Shown here one piece after another: positions 1-14,528 of a stretch of DNA of 64,000 nt; position 1 is the first letter of the stretch; each line of letters begins with the position of its first letter. A program made the translations under genes and the position numbers. The notes under the pieces are model-generated. The model searched no databases. It was not told the DNA's origin and saw only the letters and a list, made by a program, of their open reading frames with translations. Source of the DNA: Octopus vulgaris (Eukaryota); NCBI GenBank assembly GCA_951406725.2, contig OX597826.1, positions 78,864,001 through 78,928,000 of the forward strand, in the 5' to 3' direction.

Positions 1-155
1 AAAATGGTGCTTATTTTATCGATCCCGACAAGATGAGAGGCAAAGTCGAACTTTTGAACTCAAAATGTGAAGACAGAATTTGAACTCAGAACGAAAAGGA
101 CGAACTGCCGCTAAGCATTTTATCCAGCATGCTAACCATTCTGCCAGCTCGCCAG
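1..155 (-). mobile_element. SINE family A fragment (Meta-SINE-like central domain)
   Basis: Reverse complement of the ggcgagctggcagaatcgttagc...gtcgactttgcctttcatcc...gataaaataagtacc consensus seen many times in the window. Confidence 0.75.
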
Positions 156-882
156 AAAGGATCTATTCCATCTCAATCACAGATTTTTTTAATTAATTTT
201 TTTAACTAAACAGCTTGAAACTTCGAATACTGGTAGAATTTCTCCCGTAGAACACTGTTTACTCTGAACGTTTTTGACCAAATTTCGTATTTTAGAAGTT
301 ATTTCGTGTTAAAGTTGTCGTATTTGAGTAATTTCAACCAATCAACGACGTATACTCGGTTGAAGAAAGCTGCTGCTGTTTGCAATAGTAATCGAAGAGG
401 AATAACTTCCGGGTCATCTCTACTAAATGTCATCATTCTGTTCTATTCGTACAGCGAGTGAAGACGTCACCGTTATCCTTTCTTCCTTTCTAGTCAGTAC
501 CGTGCATTCCTTACTCCATCCCTCCCTTCTACATTATCAACTAGCAACCAGCGAGCAAACTTGTCACTGCCACTACAGTGGTGGTGGTGGTGGTCGTCGT
601 CGTCGTCGTCGTGTGTTTTTCTTTTGCTTTCGCCTATAAAAGACTGCCACAAATTTCCTCGCTATCATCGTCACTACCACCACCCTCTTCAATATGACCG
701 GCACAGGTGGCACAGTTGTTGCTGTTGTTGTTGATGGTGATGGTGGTGGTGGTGGTGGTGGTAGTGTGAGTTTAGCAATTGTATAGCCGCCACCGCTGTA
801 ACAGATATTTGGAGAGAGAGGAGGCTGGAGGTGGTGGTGGCGGTGGTGGTGAAGGTGGTGGTAGTGGTGGTGGTGGTGGTGG

Positions 883-913
<31 letters not shown>

Positions 914-1278
914 GGCTGATGAGGTTTGCATACTATTTCTCCCTTCTTCTCGTTCGTTTTCTCTCTCTCTCTCTCTCCCCCCTCTCTCTCTCTCTCCCCC
1001 CTCTCTCTCTCCTTCGTTTTCGTGTATAAACACAAACGCCGCCATGTTAAAATGAATATTTTTTTTTTAAAGAAAAGCGTGTTTTTGAAAATTGGAAAGC
1101 GAAAACGACGCCCCTAAAATGGAAACTAGAAAAATTCCATACGGGAGGGGGGGCGTCGTTTATGGAAAAATAAATGCTTTGAATGGCAACAAATATACCA
1201 ATCCCACTGAGTGATAAAAGTTCGTGACACCCACTTCAGCAAATGACAACAACAACAACAATAATAATAATAATAATG

Positions 1279-1357
<79 letters not shown>

Positions 1358-1783
1358 TTATTCAGCCATGGAGAGCAATTACATACCATTTTATTCATGC
1401 ATACAAAATACGAAACGTTAAAACTAGAGGGGGGGGGCTTACCAAAAGGTTTTGAAAAGAAATAATTTGTATAAAAAAGGTTGGAGGTGTAAAAGTTTGT
1501 TTAAAACAGCGTGAAAATAATTATAATTATTTGGAATAGTTAAAAAGATTAGAGAAACTGACGATAATTAAGACAATATATGAAATAAAACAGGGAAAAA
1601 CAGGTTGACTGGCAGCTAACGTGATTTTTATCTTCAGTCGATCACGCAGAGTGTGCGACTACGTTTCCAACTCTTTCTTTGGACTCGTCAGTTGTGAGTG
1701 AATTAGGTTACGATTTCCCTTCCAAGTATGGTAAAGTGCATGTAGCTGCGACTCCTTATGAGGGATCTCCAACTTCTTTCTTA

Positions 1784-1865
<82 letters not shown>

Positions 1866-2499
1866 CTTTCGCTGCTCACTCCTTTTTTGTCTCCTCTTTC
1901 ATTTTTCAGTTCCCAATCTTCTCCCGGATCTATTTCTCCCTCATCGCTACAAGACAATAAATTGGTTCCGTTAGTCGTAGTCTCTGGTCAGTTCTTTGCC
2001 AAAGGAGAAGACCCTCTCTGCTTTCTTTTTTTGGTCGTCGAACACTTATGCTGATTACACTAAAGATGCGGATATCATTCACAGAACTACATTAGTTGCA
2101 GCCACAAAGGTCTTCTCCACATCAATAACCTGATCTCATTGTTCCTCCTGCCTCTGTTGCAGTCCGCCGATGTTTCTTCGTCTTCTGAAAAGATGTTTCT
2201 CAAATTGCATTTACTAACCAACATGTGGCATCTACACAGCTCTTCTACACAGCACCACAAGTCTAACTGACCTTCTCCCTTAATAGAACACACACCAAGA
2301 TTGCTTTGGGGTATCATTATAGTCTGCAAAGACCCCATCGGACTACATACATCGTTGCGGATCCCCTCTGAATGTGTCACATGACCGTAACATTTGGCAA
2401 AATAACCAAGGATCCAGTTCTATATAGCGTAGCGTTGATCGTGGTCCCGAGGAAGCAGAATGGATCTGACACTCGCATATGTCATAGCGATCCAAACTA

Positions 2500-2705
2500 C
2501 ACTGGTTTCAAATTTTGGCACAAGGCCAGCAATTTCGAGGAAGGAATGAGTCGACTACATCGGCCCAAGTGTTCAACAGGTGCTTATTTTATCGATCCCG
2601 AAAGGATGAATGGCAAAGTCGACCTCGGCGGAATTTGACCTCAGAACGTGAACACGGACGAAATACCGCTAAGCATTTTGTCCGGCGTGCTAACAATTCC
2701 GCCAA
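2500..2705 (-). mobile_element. SINE family A copy
   Basis: Matches family A on the minus strand (aaagtcgacctcggcggaatttga). Confidence 0.8.
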
Positions 2706-3382
2706 CCCAAACCATATTGACTGCAGGAATTCGACGTTGGACTTCAAACAGTTAGGCTTCGTCCCTCTCCAAGACACCTCAAGAAGCTGCCCATACACCA
2801 TACATACGTCTTCGTTTCTGACCAGTTTCCTAATATTTTTATTCTTGCCAGAACAAACCATGACTAGGCTCAACATTCTGAGTCTTCATAATATATTTCC
2901 AAGTTTAATTTCCTTCCCTTTGCTTCCTCTTTTTATTCCTAATATTTTTTTCGATCCTATTTTATAATCTCATAATGATTAAAGTTACTGACATAAACGG
3001 TTTTAACATAGTAAAAATAATAACGTATTTTATACGCATTTTATATAATAACGTTGTCGCTTTTTATGCTTCTTCTGATGGCATACTATTAATATTTATC
3101 TCGACTTTCCTGGCTTCGTCTGCAAAACTGAAGAAGTGTCAGAATACTACGATGAATATTAACGTGCTTACGTGCTTACTTTTCCGTTCGATTCCCCGAA
3201 TGCTTTACAACAGCTGTCAATCAAATAAACTCATCCATTGACCTTCTCCATTAGATTCGAAATTTCAGAATATATGTTTCATAATAACCCGATAAACGGT
3301 CTCTTTAAATGCTCCTGCCCGTATGTCTAACTTCCAATATATATATACTTGCTTCAGTCATTTTACTGTGGCCATGCTGGAG

Positions 3383-3469
<87 letters not shown>

Positions 3470-4494
3470 ATTATTATTAATACTGATGACGCCCAAAAAT
3501 GCAGAAATCTAAAGTTAGCATTTCCACTTTCGCTGCAGGATGCCTTCCGTCCCCTACTGATACGCTTCCGTGCTTTTTTAGCACTATACGTCTACAAGAG
3601 AGGCTTTCTTAAGGCAAATACTTCAGTTTCGAGGCTTTCTACAGCATGTTCGCCTTGAGGAGGATATACAGAATGCTATTCTGAACTAATACTGTTTCCG
3701 TCGCTATTAATGGCTGTACACACACACACATACACACATACACACATTCAAATACATACACACATATATATAGGCACAGATTTCATATATTATTCAATTA
3801 CGGTAGGAGTTGAATATTCTTAACGTAGCTTTTTTGTCGCAGTCGGCATCTTTCATAAATCTACATATATATACATATAAATAAATATATATATATATAT
3901 ACATATATATAAATATATATATGTTTGTATGTATGTATGTATGTATGTATGTATGTATGTATGTATGTATGTATGTATGTATGTATACGTATGTATGTAT
4001 GTATGTATTGTGTGTATGTCTGTATGTATGTATGTATGTATGTATTTATGTATGTGTGTGTGTATGTATATACTCACGCATTTGCTTCCGTATAATTGTT
4101 TTATAAATGCTTTCATGTCATTAACCATCGCCTGGTCGTCTTTTATGTTATTGTACTTCTATTAGCTCGACTCGTATATAGCCTATGGCAGACTTTTGCA
4201 CACACTCAATCACATATACACATACATACATACATACATACATACATACATACATACATACATGCACACATACATACATACATACATACATACACACACA
4301 TACATACATACACACATACATACATACATACATATATACATACATACATGCATACATACATACGTACATGCATATATGACTACGTACATACATGCATACA
4401 TGTACACATCCACACATCTATACACACGTGCACACACCCACGTGATTGGCGATAGTAAAGGTAGCACCTATTTTTTGTAATACTGTTATTGTTA

Positions 4495-5030
4495 TTGTTA
4501 ATATGTGGCTGGTCCTGTTTTCGCAGTAACAAGTCCTTCAATTCGTTGATCAATCGATTCTTGTAGCTTTTGAACGGTATCTAGGGGAATCTTAAGCTTA
4601 TTCTTCCGTCAACATACTCTTGAAGTCCTTGAATGACGATGGAGGCGGCGGCGGAGACCCGCTGCTGATTCTCTGTTGCAGCGAAGATGACTCATTCTTA
4701 TTGAAACCTGGCAACTAAATGTTTGATGTTTGCATCGTCTTTAGAAAATCAGTTTTTAACCATTTTAGCTGTGTGTATTGACGCAGCATCATTCCTGGGA
4801 AGTGCTTCACCTTTGGGGAATATTGTTTATATAACAGGATGCACTCGGTCTGGCAAGATGGACAAATATTCATTGGAAGTGGTTCTCTCATGCAGTGTAA
4901 CTACAGAGAAAAGTGCCAAGGTGCTGCCGACCAAACCATCGCATCTCCGCCGCCATGCTGCACCGTTAGAATCAAATACTCAGAATCAAAGATTTCTTAC
5001 GATGTTCCCAACATATAAACCAAACTAGAA
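4495..5030 (-). pseudogene. Decayed Tc1-family transposase fragment
   Basis: Minus-strand translation gives HGGGDAMVW...EYLSILPDRVHP...NDAASIHTAKMVK...LDTVQKLQESIDQRIEGLVTAKTGP, with stops and frameshifts; Tc1 DDE-region motifs. Confidence 0.75.
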
Positions 5031-5084
5031 GATGGAAATTCTGTGAATAGGAATTCTCTAAAATATTCAACCTTTATATGAAAT

Positions 5085-5312
5085 ATTGATTTCAAATTTT
5101 AGCACAAGACCAGCACTTTCTGGGGAGCGGGCTAAATCAATTACATCGACCCCAGTGCTTAACTGGTACTTATTTTATCGAAACCCCGCCTCCATCCCGA
5201 AAGGATGAAAGGCAAAGTGAATCTCGGCAGAATTTGAACTCAGAGCACAAAAACAGATGAAATGCCGCTAAACATTTTATCTGTCGAACCAACGGCTCTG
5301 CCAACTCGCTGC
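5085..5312 (-). mobile_element. SINE family A copy
   Basis: Matches family A on the minus strand. Confidence 0.75.
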
Positions 5313-5559
5313 CTTCATATCAAATATTATTCGTCCTATATATTCATTTTACCATTTTTTGTGCTTCACAATATTCCAGTTTTACAGAAAAGATTTACAA
5401 ATAGTAGTTCTTCCATAAAACCTGGAGGATATCTTTTAACGTCACTTCTGTTGCTATTTAAAAGTGATTTCAGTAACAATTTTACTAAAGTCTTTCTCAA
5501 TCTGTTCTGATCATTATGCTTCCATTTTCATCAAGGAATTTTCTTCACTGACCTTGTGT

Positions 5560-5643
<84 letters not shown>

Positions 5644-5653
5644 TGTATGTATG

Positions 5654-5696
<43 letters not shown>

Positions 5697-6294
5697 TGCA
5701 AATTGAACTGTTTCTCTGTAGATTGAAACAAAAAAATAAAGAACTTTGATCGATTTCAAACCTTGCCAGGTTCTCATCAGTGTCTGCATCACGTGACCAG
5801 ACCCAGAGAAACACGCAGCCAAGATGTTTATATACACAACAAATCCGGTAACTACACAGAGTTGGGGCTACTAATTTGCATATTATTTAGCACCTTATTT
5901 AATATGAGGGGCCGGTCAAAGGAGACCTTAGTCCACACGATATCGAGGTATGGTAGCATAAGAGTATGTAACTTACGGAATAAACTCATAAACATAGCAG
6001 ATTTAACTATTTCTGTGTTGATTGGAAACAATTATGGACAACTTTGATCAATTTTCGAACGTTATTCGATTCTCATCGGAGAGTGGCTACATCACTTGAC
6101 CAATACTAGAGAAATAAGCAGCCAATTCGATTATATATACATCAAATCCAGTCACTGCGGGACACAGGGTCAACCAATTTGTATGCTATAAATGTTTAAG
6201 ATCTCAAAAGATATCTCAGGCGACACAGCAACCTGCCAACGGAGATCTGAGTCCACACAACATCAAAATACGATATTATAATATAGGTAACCAA

Positions 6295-6900
6295 GGCGGC
6301 GAGTTGGCAGAATCGTTAGCACGCCGGACGAAATGCTTAGCTGTAATTCGTCTGCCGTTACGTTGTGAGTTCAAATTCCGCCGAGGTCGACTTTACCTTT
6401 CATCCTTTCGGGGGTCGATTAAATAAGTACCAGTTACGCACTGGGATCGATGTAATCGACTTAATCCGTTTGTCCGTCCGTGTTTGTCCTGTCTGTGTTC
6501 AGCCCCTTGTGGGCAGTAAAGAAATAGAAATAGGTATGTCGTCTGCCGCTACGTTCTGAGTTCAAATTCCACCGAGGTCGACTTTGCCTTTCATCTTTTC
6601 GGGGTCGATTAAAGAAGTACCAGTTACGCACTGGGGTCGATATAATCGACTTAATCCGTTTGTCTGTCCTTGTTTGTCCTCTCTGTGTTTAGCCCCTTGT
6701 TGGTAGTAAAGAAATAGAAGTAGGTATTTTATCTGCCGCTACGTTCTGAGTTCAAATTCCGCCGAGGTCGACTTTACCTTTCATCCTTTCGGGATCGACA
6801 AATTACGCACCAGTGAAGTACGGGACGGGAGGGGTCGATATAATCGACTATCCCCCTCTCCACAAATTCCAGGCCTTGGGCTTATAATAGAAAGGATTAT
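6295..6900 (+). mobile_element. SINE family A with internal ~190-bp unit repeated three times
   Basis: Unit tcgtctgccgttacgttctgagttcaaattccgccgaggtcgac... recurs at ~6348, ~6539 and ~6729. Confidence 0.85.
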
Positions 6901-7347
6901 AAAATATGTAACCAGACCCATAAAACTTTTGCCATTCTTCCTCGCAGAAGATCGAACAACTTGGCAGTTTTAGACTCTGAGACTTTTGCTAATGTTTTCT
7001 TCAAAACGTAACCTCTTCGAAAATGCGACAGGAGATTCCTTGCTGTAATTTAAAACTGAACTTGGTCTAAATTAGTGATAACAGCAATTAATCATATTAA
7101 ATATGGTAAATGAGAAACACAAGGAGTAAGTTTTATCAATTCTATCGAATGTTCATTTTAGGTTAATCAAGCCTTAAACTTCGCCGTGTGAAACCTGGTG
7201 ACACTATGTAGAGGGAGGAAGTGTATGAATATATGGGTGTACGTAAGTGTGTGTGTGTGAGCGTATGTAAGTGTGTGTATGTGTGTGTATGTGTGTGCGC
7301 GCGTGCGTTTATGCGAGGTAGATAAATAGTGAGGCATACCAACAATA

Positions 7348-7388
<41 letters not shown>

Positions 7389-7525
7389 GAGACGGACAGA
7401 TAGACAGACAGATAGATAGATAAATAGATAGAGAGATAGATAGAAGAAAAGAAGGAAAGTGAAAAAGTGTCTTACGTGCTTGTTTATGGGAGGATGTGAA
7501 ACAGAGGGGAGATGGGGACAGATAA

Positions 7526-7564
<39 letters not shown>

Positions 7565-7571
7565 AGTATAT

Positions 7572-7625
<54 letters not shown>

Positions 7626-7851
7626 GTGTTTGAATATGTACATACATATATATGTTTGTATGCATGCATGTATGTATGTGTGTATGTATGCATGTATATA
7701 CACTCGCACACACCTTTGTACACCTGTATGCAGTGTGGTGCAAGCGCGCTCGCACACGCGTTTGCACATCGGCAGATGAGAGTGCAGTAGGAATGAGTAA
7801 TGGCCTGACGCTCTTTCGTCTCGTGACTGCATTCTGTGTGCGTGTGCTGGA

Positions 7852-7913
<62 letters not shown>

Positions 7914-8123
7914 CGGGTGTTAGTATTTATTGAAAGGGTAGAAGTGAACAAGGTGATGACTCCGGCGAAGACGACGACGACGAAGGAGGAGAAGAAGAAG
8001 AAGAAGAAGAAGAAGAAGAAGAAGAAGAAGAAGATGATGATCAACAACAGAGACGACGACAACAATATCAACAGAGTAATATACTACTACTACTACTACT
8101 AGTACTACCAACACCACCACTAT

Positions 8124-8156
<33 letters not shown>

Positions 8157-8529
8157 CACAGCATCAGCAGCAGCAGCAGCAACAGAAACGAGAGGAAGAA
8201 GAAGAAATCTATGTTATAAACTGTAATATTTAATGTATAATATTTAACGTGGGGGGAGGGAGGGGAGGGGAGGGGGGGATAAATGGGGTTTTGTTTGTTT
8301 GTTTATTGTTTCTTTTTTAGAATCTTTCGGCGTTTTATGTGAAACAACGTCGAATAATAAATATATGGGGGGTGGGAGGAAGGAGGGGGAAGAGGGAGCG
8401 GGAGGAGCGGGTGGGGTGGTGGGGGGAGTAGGTGTGTGTAGTAAATTAATTTTACGACACACGGAGATACGACCACAGAGAGACGGAACTAAAAGGCACA
8501 AGCGATTGCAAACACGTACACAACGATGT

Positions 8530-8580
<51 letters not shown>

Positions 8581-8735
8581 TACATACAATAACATACATA
8601 CACACATACATACATATATGCATAAACAGTCACAGTGCATCACACACACCGTTACGATCAATCAGGGAAATATGTAGATACATACAAACATACATACTCC
8701 TATTCACGCACATTATATGTATATATCTGTGTATA

Positions 8736-8783
<48 letters not shown>

Positions 8784-8787
8784 ATTA

Positions 8788-8844
<57 letters not shown>

Positions 8845-9016
8845 ATAATTATAGTTTTTACGTATATAGCTATATACATAATTATATATATACCTATACT
8901 TACCTATATACACCTATACTAGTGTATATGCGTTTGTATTTATATATGTGCACGTATGTAAATGTGTATAAGCATGTATGCATGTATGTATGAATGTAAG
9001 TATGTATGTATGAGTA

Positions 9017-9098
<82 letters not shown>

Positions 9099-9115
9099 TA
9101 TATACATATACATAC

Positions 9116-9173
<58 letters not shown>

Positions 9174-9441
9174 CATATATATATATACACATATATATAT
9201 ATACACATAGATATATATATATATCAATACAACTCACAACCTTTTATCACAAATTGTTTTGTTCTTGTTGATGTTCTTGTTGTTACTCTTGGTTCATAGT
9301 GGTGCTTATGTTGTTGTTGTTGTTTTCGATATTATTTACCAAGTTGATTCATTCGTAAAGTAACATGAGATTGATGTAAAGAAATGTATATATACTAAAT
9401 GGAAGATCGCTGTTGGAAAACTGTTGCCGTTATTATTATTA

Positions 9442-9505
<64 letters not shown>

Positions 9506-9606
9506 CATCGTTGTTGTTATTATCTTTCGGGGAGAAAAAGGGAAGATTTGGTGTCATAGTGGAAAGAAATTCCTGAGAGTAAATTGCATGATGAGAGGGT
9601 GGGAGG

Positions 9607-9661
<55 letters not shown>

Positions 9662-10114
9662 AGAGGGAGTGAGTGAGTGAGTGAGGGAGTGAGGAAGGGT
9701 GGGAGTCCGTCAGAAATTATTTGTGTAATTGCTGAAATCGCTTGACAGATTTATGGCATTCAGAGTTACCTCCCTTACAATGTCGTAACTCCGTTAAATA
9801 CAATTGCGTAATTTATGTGTTTGCATGTGTGTGTATGTGTGAGTATGCGTGTGTGTGTGTGTGTGTGTGTGTATGTATGCGTGTATATGCGCATCTGTCA
9901 CGAGTGTTTGTTTTATTAGATATGTTTTCATAGGTATGTATGCGTTATATGTGTTTTATATGTGTGTGTGTATTTATGTGTGTATACATATGTGTGTGTG
10001 TTTATGTGTATACAAATATATATATATATATATATATATGTGCGTGTGTGTGTGTATGTGTGTATATGTTTACGCTTGCATGCGTATATGTATATATCAG
10101 AACTTCTATATACA

Positions 10115-10162
<48 letters not shown>

Positions 10163-10844
10163 CGCGCAGGCGTATGTGTGTATTGTAACAGTTGAGCGAA
10201 TACAGTGACACACACACACATACACACACACACACAGCGGTTGTTGTTTAACCGCGGTTCAGCCATAGTTAAGCCACAAATAACCCATAGTCAACGGTAA
10301 TCCAGCTGTGACCGTCCCGTCTTTTCGTATACGTTGCCTTTTGACTACATTGTCCAAAGTCACCTTCGTCTTTTTAAGAGAGTAGGATATGCTTTGAGGT
10401 AAATTTGGTTGTCATTTTTAGCAAATAATGCTACAACGTAGAAGCCTTGTCGTTGACTTGAGGCGAAATTGCCACTTGGATAACGCAAGAGGAAGGTTTT
10501 AAGACTAAATCCAATGGTTTTGTTGTTCCTCGCCTGAATACCTTGCTTCAGTTCACCGATTATCGGTAATTCGTTGCTAGCAGATTATCCGGGCATTCTG
10601 CCTGGGATTGGCTTCAGCTGTGTACACGGAAAGTTTAATCTCTCGTCCACATCACAGCAAAAGAAGAAAGTAAGTGACTTCTTTTAAAAACCTTTTTAAG
10701 AATTAGGATACAGATATGTGGTATTTTAACACCAGTGTATTACTGGTTCGTCTTTTAGTGTCCCTTGAGACACGAAAGACAATTGCAACCACGAGGGGCT
10801 TCAAATACTTGTGTCGTTATCAAAGATATAAAAGGCGAACCGAC

Positions 10845-11275
10845 AGACTCGATCATACGCCGGACAAAAGGCTTAGCGTCATTTCATCCGTCTTTACTTT
10901 CTGGGTTCACATTCCGCCAAGGTTGACCTTGCTTTTCATTCTTTCGGAGTCGATAAAATAAGTACCAGTTGCGTACTGGAGTCGATGTAATCGAACTTAG
11001 CGCCCCACCCCTCAAAATTTCGAGCCTTGTGCCTATAGTCGAAAGGATTATTAAGGATGAAAAAGCCGACAAGCTGGCAGAATCGTTAGCGCGTCGGATA
11101 AAATGCTTAGCAAAATTTATTCCAACCCCTTACGTTCTGAGTTCAAATCCCGCTAAGGCAGACTTTGCCTTTTATCCTTTCAGGGGTCATGAAAATAAGT
11201 ACAAGGGTTTGATGTGATCGACTACTCTACCTCCTAAAATTTCTGGCCTTGTACCAAAATTTCAAACCATTATTG
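10845..11275 (+). mobile_element. Two tandem SINE family A copies
   Basis: Family A consensus twice, head to tail. Confidence 0.75.
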
Positions 11276-11899
11276 AAAATGAACGATTTTGACTGTATTC
11301 TTAGAACTACACAATATTTCGGTCAGTTTAGTCCCTGAATATTATCAGGAGTCTTATCCCTGGATGTGGACCGATTTAGAATTTAAAATCTCCGTGTTCA
11401 ATCCCGGTCTGGCCCTATCTACTTATCTAAAATGATACTCGCCGAAGAACAAACACATCGAAATGTGGGGAAGTTATTAGCACAAGAAAACTTTTCAGTG
11501 TAAATAAAATGAGGGGAATAATCCAAAACAATTATAAACCTCGTAATTTGCAGAAGATTTGGGGGCATGGCCCTTGCTTTCGCCAATTGCATTAAGTATT
11601 CCTATAGTCGCGAGCAAGCACAGATACGTGTTTCGGACATCCCCACCACGATGGAATCTAGGATGACACAGATGAAGGAACGAGGGGTGACCAGCATTAA
11701 AATGCTACTTCACATTACAGACCACGAAAGGATAAAACATTAAAGTTAACTTCAGAGAGATTTGAACTAAGAACACCGGGATGAATATCGTGACGTCGTC
11801 TCTCCGACGCTCAAACTTTGGCCATTTATTCTATTTAATGTATTCAATTTAAAACATTGTTGTTGGCTCGGTTGAATAAGTTGTTTGAGCTTTCAAACT

Positions 11900-12338
11900 T
11901 AAGGAGTAACAGTTCATGTCCCATCTCCATGACAGGATCTACAAGTATTTCACCCAGCTGACCATTCATTAGTTAAACCTTGCAGCTACACCATGGCAAG
12001 TCTTGAAGTCTTCCACCAGAGTCTGCAAGTTCTATGGTAATCCACTGCCATCTGGTGCTGTCAGGAGATCAAGTTGCGCATTTTGCAAATAATTCAGAAG
12101 TGTCATAATACTGGAGAATACTTGCAGACATACCTGTGCAATGGAAACTGCTTCGAGCCCCAGGTGATTGTCAATGTGTTTCTTCAACTTAGCAGCCTTA
12201 GCACCTGTTCGACTCTAGTCAGCAACCATTTTAGCGTCTAGAATATTGGTCACTTCTTTGAAAAGCCCTCTAGTTATGTTGCTGAATGAACCAAAGATAT
12301 TCTTCAAAGTGACATCCTTTGGCTGCAACCCAGCATTT
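11900..12338 (-). pseudogene. Decayed hAT-like transposase fragment
   Basis: Minus-strand frame ...KDVTLKNIFGSF...QVCLQVFSSIMTLLNYLQNAQLDLLTA with an internal stop; resembles the hAT/ZMYM1-like C-terminal region. Confidence 0.4.
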
Positions 12339-12339
12339 C

Positions 12340-12920
12340 AAGTAGTTCTAATTCGGTTCCTAGACTTGGAAAATGGGTGCCTCATGAATTGTCCGAAAGC
12401 AACCGTAAATCCCGAGTAATTCGCTTTGAATTGTTACCACCTAATAATCAATGCTCAAGTCTGCTGTCAGCAATTAGAGTGTTTGAACCAAGCTTTGAAG
12501 AAAAAAACCCGCTTTAGTGAATCGAAAAGGAATGATGTTTCATCAGGACAATGCGCAACCCCACACTGCAAAAATCACATCACAGAAGATCGAAGAGCTT
12601 GGTTGGAAAAAAATTCCTAAACCACCTTATTCTCTGGACTTTGTTCCTTCAGATTATCATTTGTTTCGTAGTTTACAGAATCATTTGTGGGATATAGCTT
12701 TCGCAAGTCAGGAGGAGGTCGAAACTGACATTTCAGAGTTCTTCGCTTTGAAAGCAAAAGAGTTTTACACTGATGGGATTAAAAAGTTTGTAAATAAATG
12801 GAAGGAAGTCATAGATAACCAGAGAAAGTACATTGATAATTAAATTTCAATTAAATATAACATTTCATCACTTGTTTTCTTTATTCAAAATTCGGACAGA
12901 ACTTATAGGATGACCTGATA
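12340..12920 (+). mobile_element. Mariner element relic (internally deleted transposase, probable right terminus)
   Basis: KWVPHEL at ~12372-12392, then FHQDNAQPH and PPYSLDFVPSDYHLF (YSPDLAPSDYHLF-like) in ORF 12517-12843; mariner-like terminus cggacagaacttataggatgacctgata. Confidence 0.9.
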
Positions 12921-13177
12921 AATGAACCCAAAAACAACGCAAAATGAATTTCTTAACCCCTTACACATGCCTTTACCTGTTGTGTGTGTGTGTGTGCGTG
13001 CGTGTGGGGGGGGGTTGTTCCTTTTCGAACCATGCCTGGCTCATAAGGGCCGGTTTCCCGGTTTCCTTGGCGTAAAGGTTCCCCACCTGGACGGGACGCC
13101 GATCCGTCTCATGTGAGCACACCACAAATGCTCGATTATTTTGAGATCCAGTGATTGTGGAGGCCAATCCAAGAAGT

Positions 13178-13935
13178 CTACTTCAATTTTGTGTTCTTCG
13201 TTTTAATTTTGAATAACATCTGCAATGTAAATCGGCCATTATCGTCCTGGATGATTGCGCTACCATCAGGCAACCGTAAAATAGAAATGATAGGCCAAAG
13301 TACTCGGATAATCTTTGGCATTAATTCTGCCTGATAGAACAACTGATGGTCAAAGAGAATTCCTGATATGGCTGCACAAATCATCAAATAGCCACGTCAG
13401 TACTTCACGCTAAGGGTTTAACAGTCAGAGTTGAATGCTTTGTGGGGAGGCTGTCTATAGACATAAACTCACATTGATGAAGGCAAAGTGGAGGAATGAC
13501 AATTCTTCAGAGAAGATGACATCATTCCGTTGAACCATTGACCATTTCTGATAGTCTTAGATACCATTACTTTCAGCTTATCAATGATGGTGAGGGAAAG
13601 GTTTAGCAGTTGCAGCTCTCCCCTGCTATCCATGGAGTAAACGACGAACTGTTTTGGTTCACGAACGCTTGGCTAGATGGCGCTTTGCCTTTGCTATCAT
13701 CTTCGTGGCCGTAGTTCGATTATTTTAAGACGTTTCTGCGGTTCCTCTCAAAGAGAGGAATTATGCATGGTACAGCTAGTCTTACCTGGCATTTGGAATA
13801 GCACCATAATTTTAGAGACTCGCAAATCTCTTGAAACATTAAACAATTCTGTAGTTTTAGTGACTGAATCTCCAGTCTTTCTCGCTCCAACAATTTGTCT
13901 TCTTTGGAAGTCAGACAGGTCAGGCATTCTCACTT
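13178..13935 (-). mobile_element. Tc1-like transposase relic
   Basis: N-terminal MPDLSDFQRRQIVGAR..SVTKTTELFNVSR (HTH) and IIQDDNGRF (QDDNA-like) motifs; frameshifted. Confidence 0.8.
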
Positions 13936-14059
13936 GAAAAAATAAAGAAAAACAGAGGGTTATCTCATGAAGTACAAGCTATACATAAAGCATATGAACA
14001 TTCACACACACACAGATCCATACACAAACACATACATGCATACATAGACACATACGTAT

Positions 14060-14168
<109 letters not shown>

Positions 14169-14211
14169 GATATAGATATATAGATATAAATATATAAATA
14201 TATATATATAG

Positions 14212-14256
<45 letters not shown>

Positions 14257-14265
14257 TAGATAGAT

Positions 14266-14299
<34 letters not shown>

Positions 14300-14320
14300 T
14301 AGATAGATAGATAGATATAG

Positions 14321-14355
<35 letters not shown>

Positions 14356-14496
14356 AATCATATATATACATAAATTTATACGTACGCATGTATATGTTTG
14401 TATGTATGTATCTATGTATGTATATATGTATGTGTGTGTATGCATGTGTATATGTATGTATGTATGTGTATGTATGTATGTGTGTGTATGCATGTG

Positions 14497-14528
<32 letters not shown>

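Noticed and set aside
689-1045. Poly-T/H/Q protein-coding exon
   Set aside because: Built from trinucleotide and GA repeats, with no recognisable domain or convincing donor; kept only as a possible 5' region.
3482-3525. Hammerhead ribozyme (ctgatga...gaaa)
   Set aside because: Stem II is only 2 bp and there is no NUH site or stem I; likely chance or heavily decayed.
5850-6290. CR1/L2 LINE 3' relic (RVCNLRNKL)
   Set aside because: Only one short motif resemblance; too weak to call.
6295-6900. CRISPR-like repeat array
   Set aside because: Eukaryotic SINE units of ~190 bp with no unique spacers.
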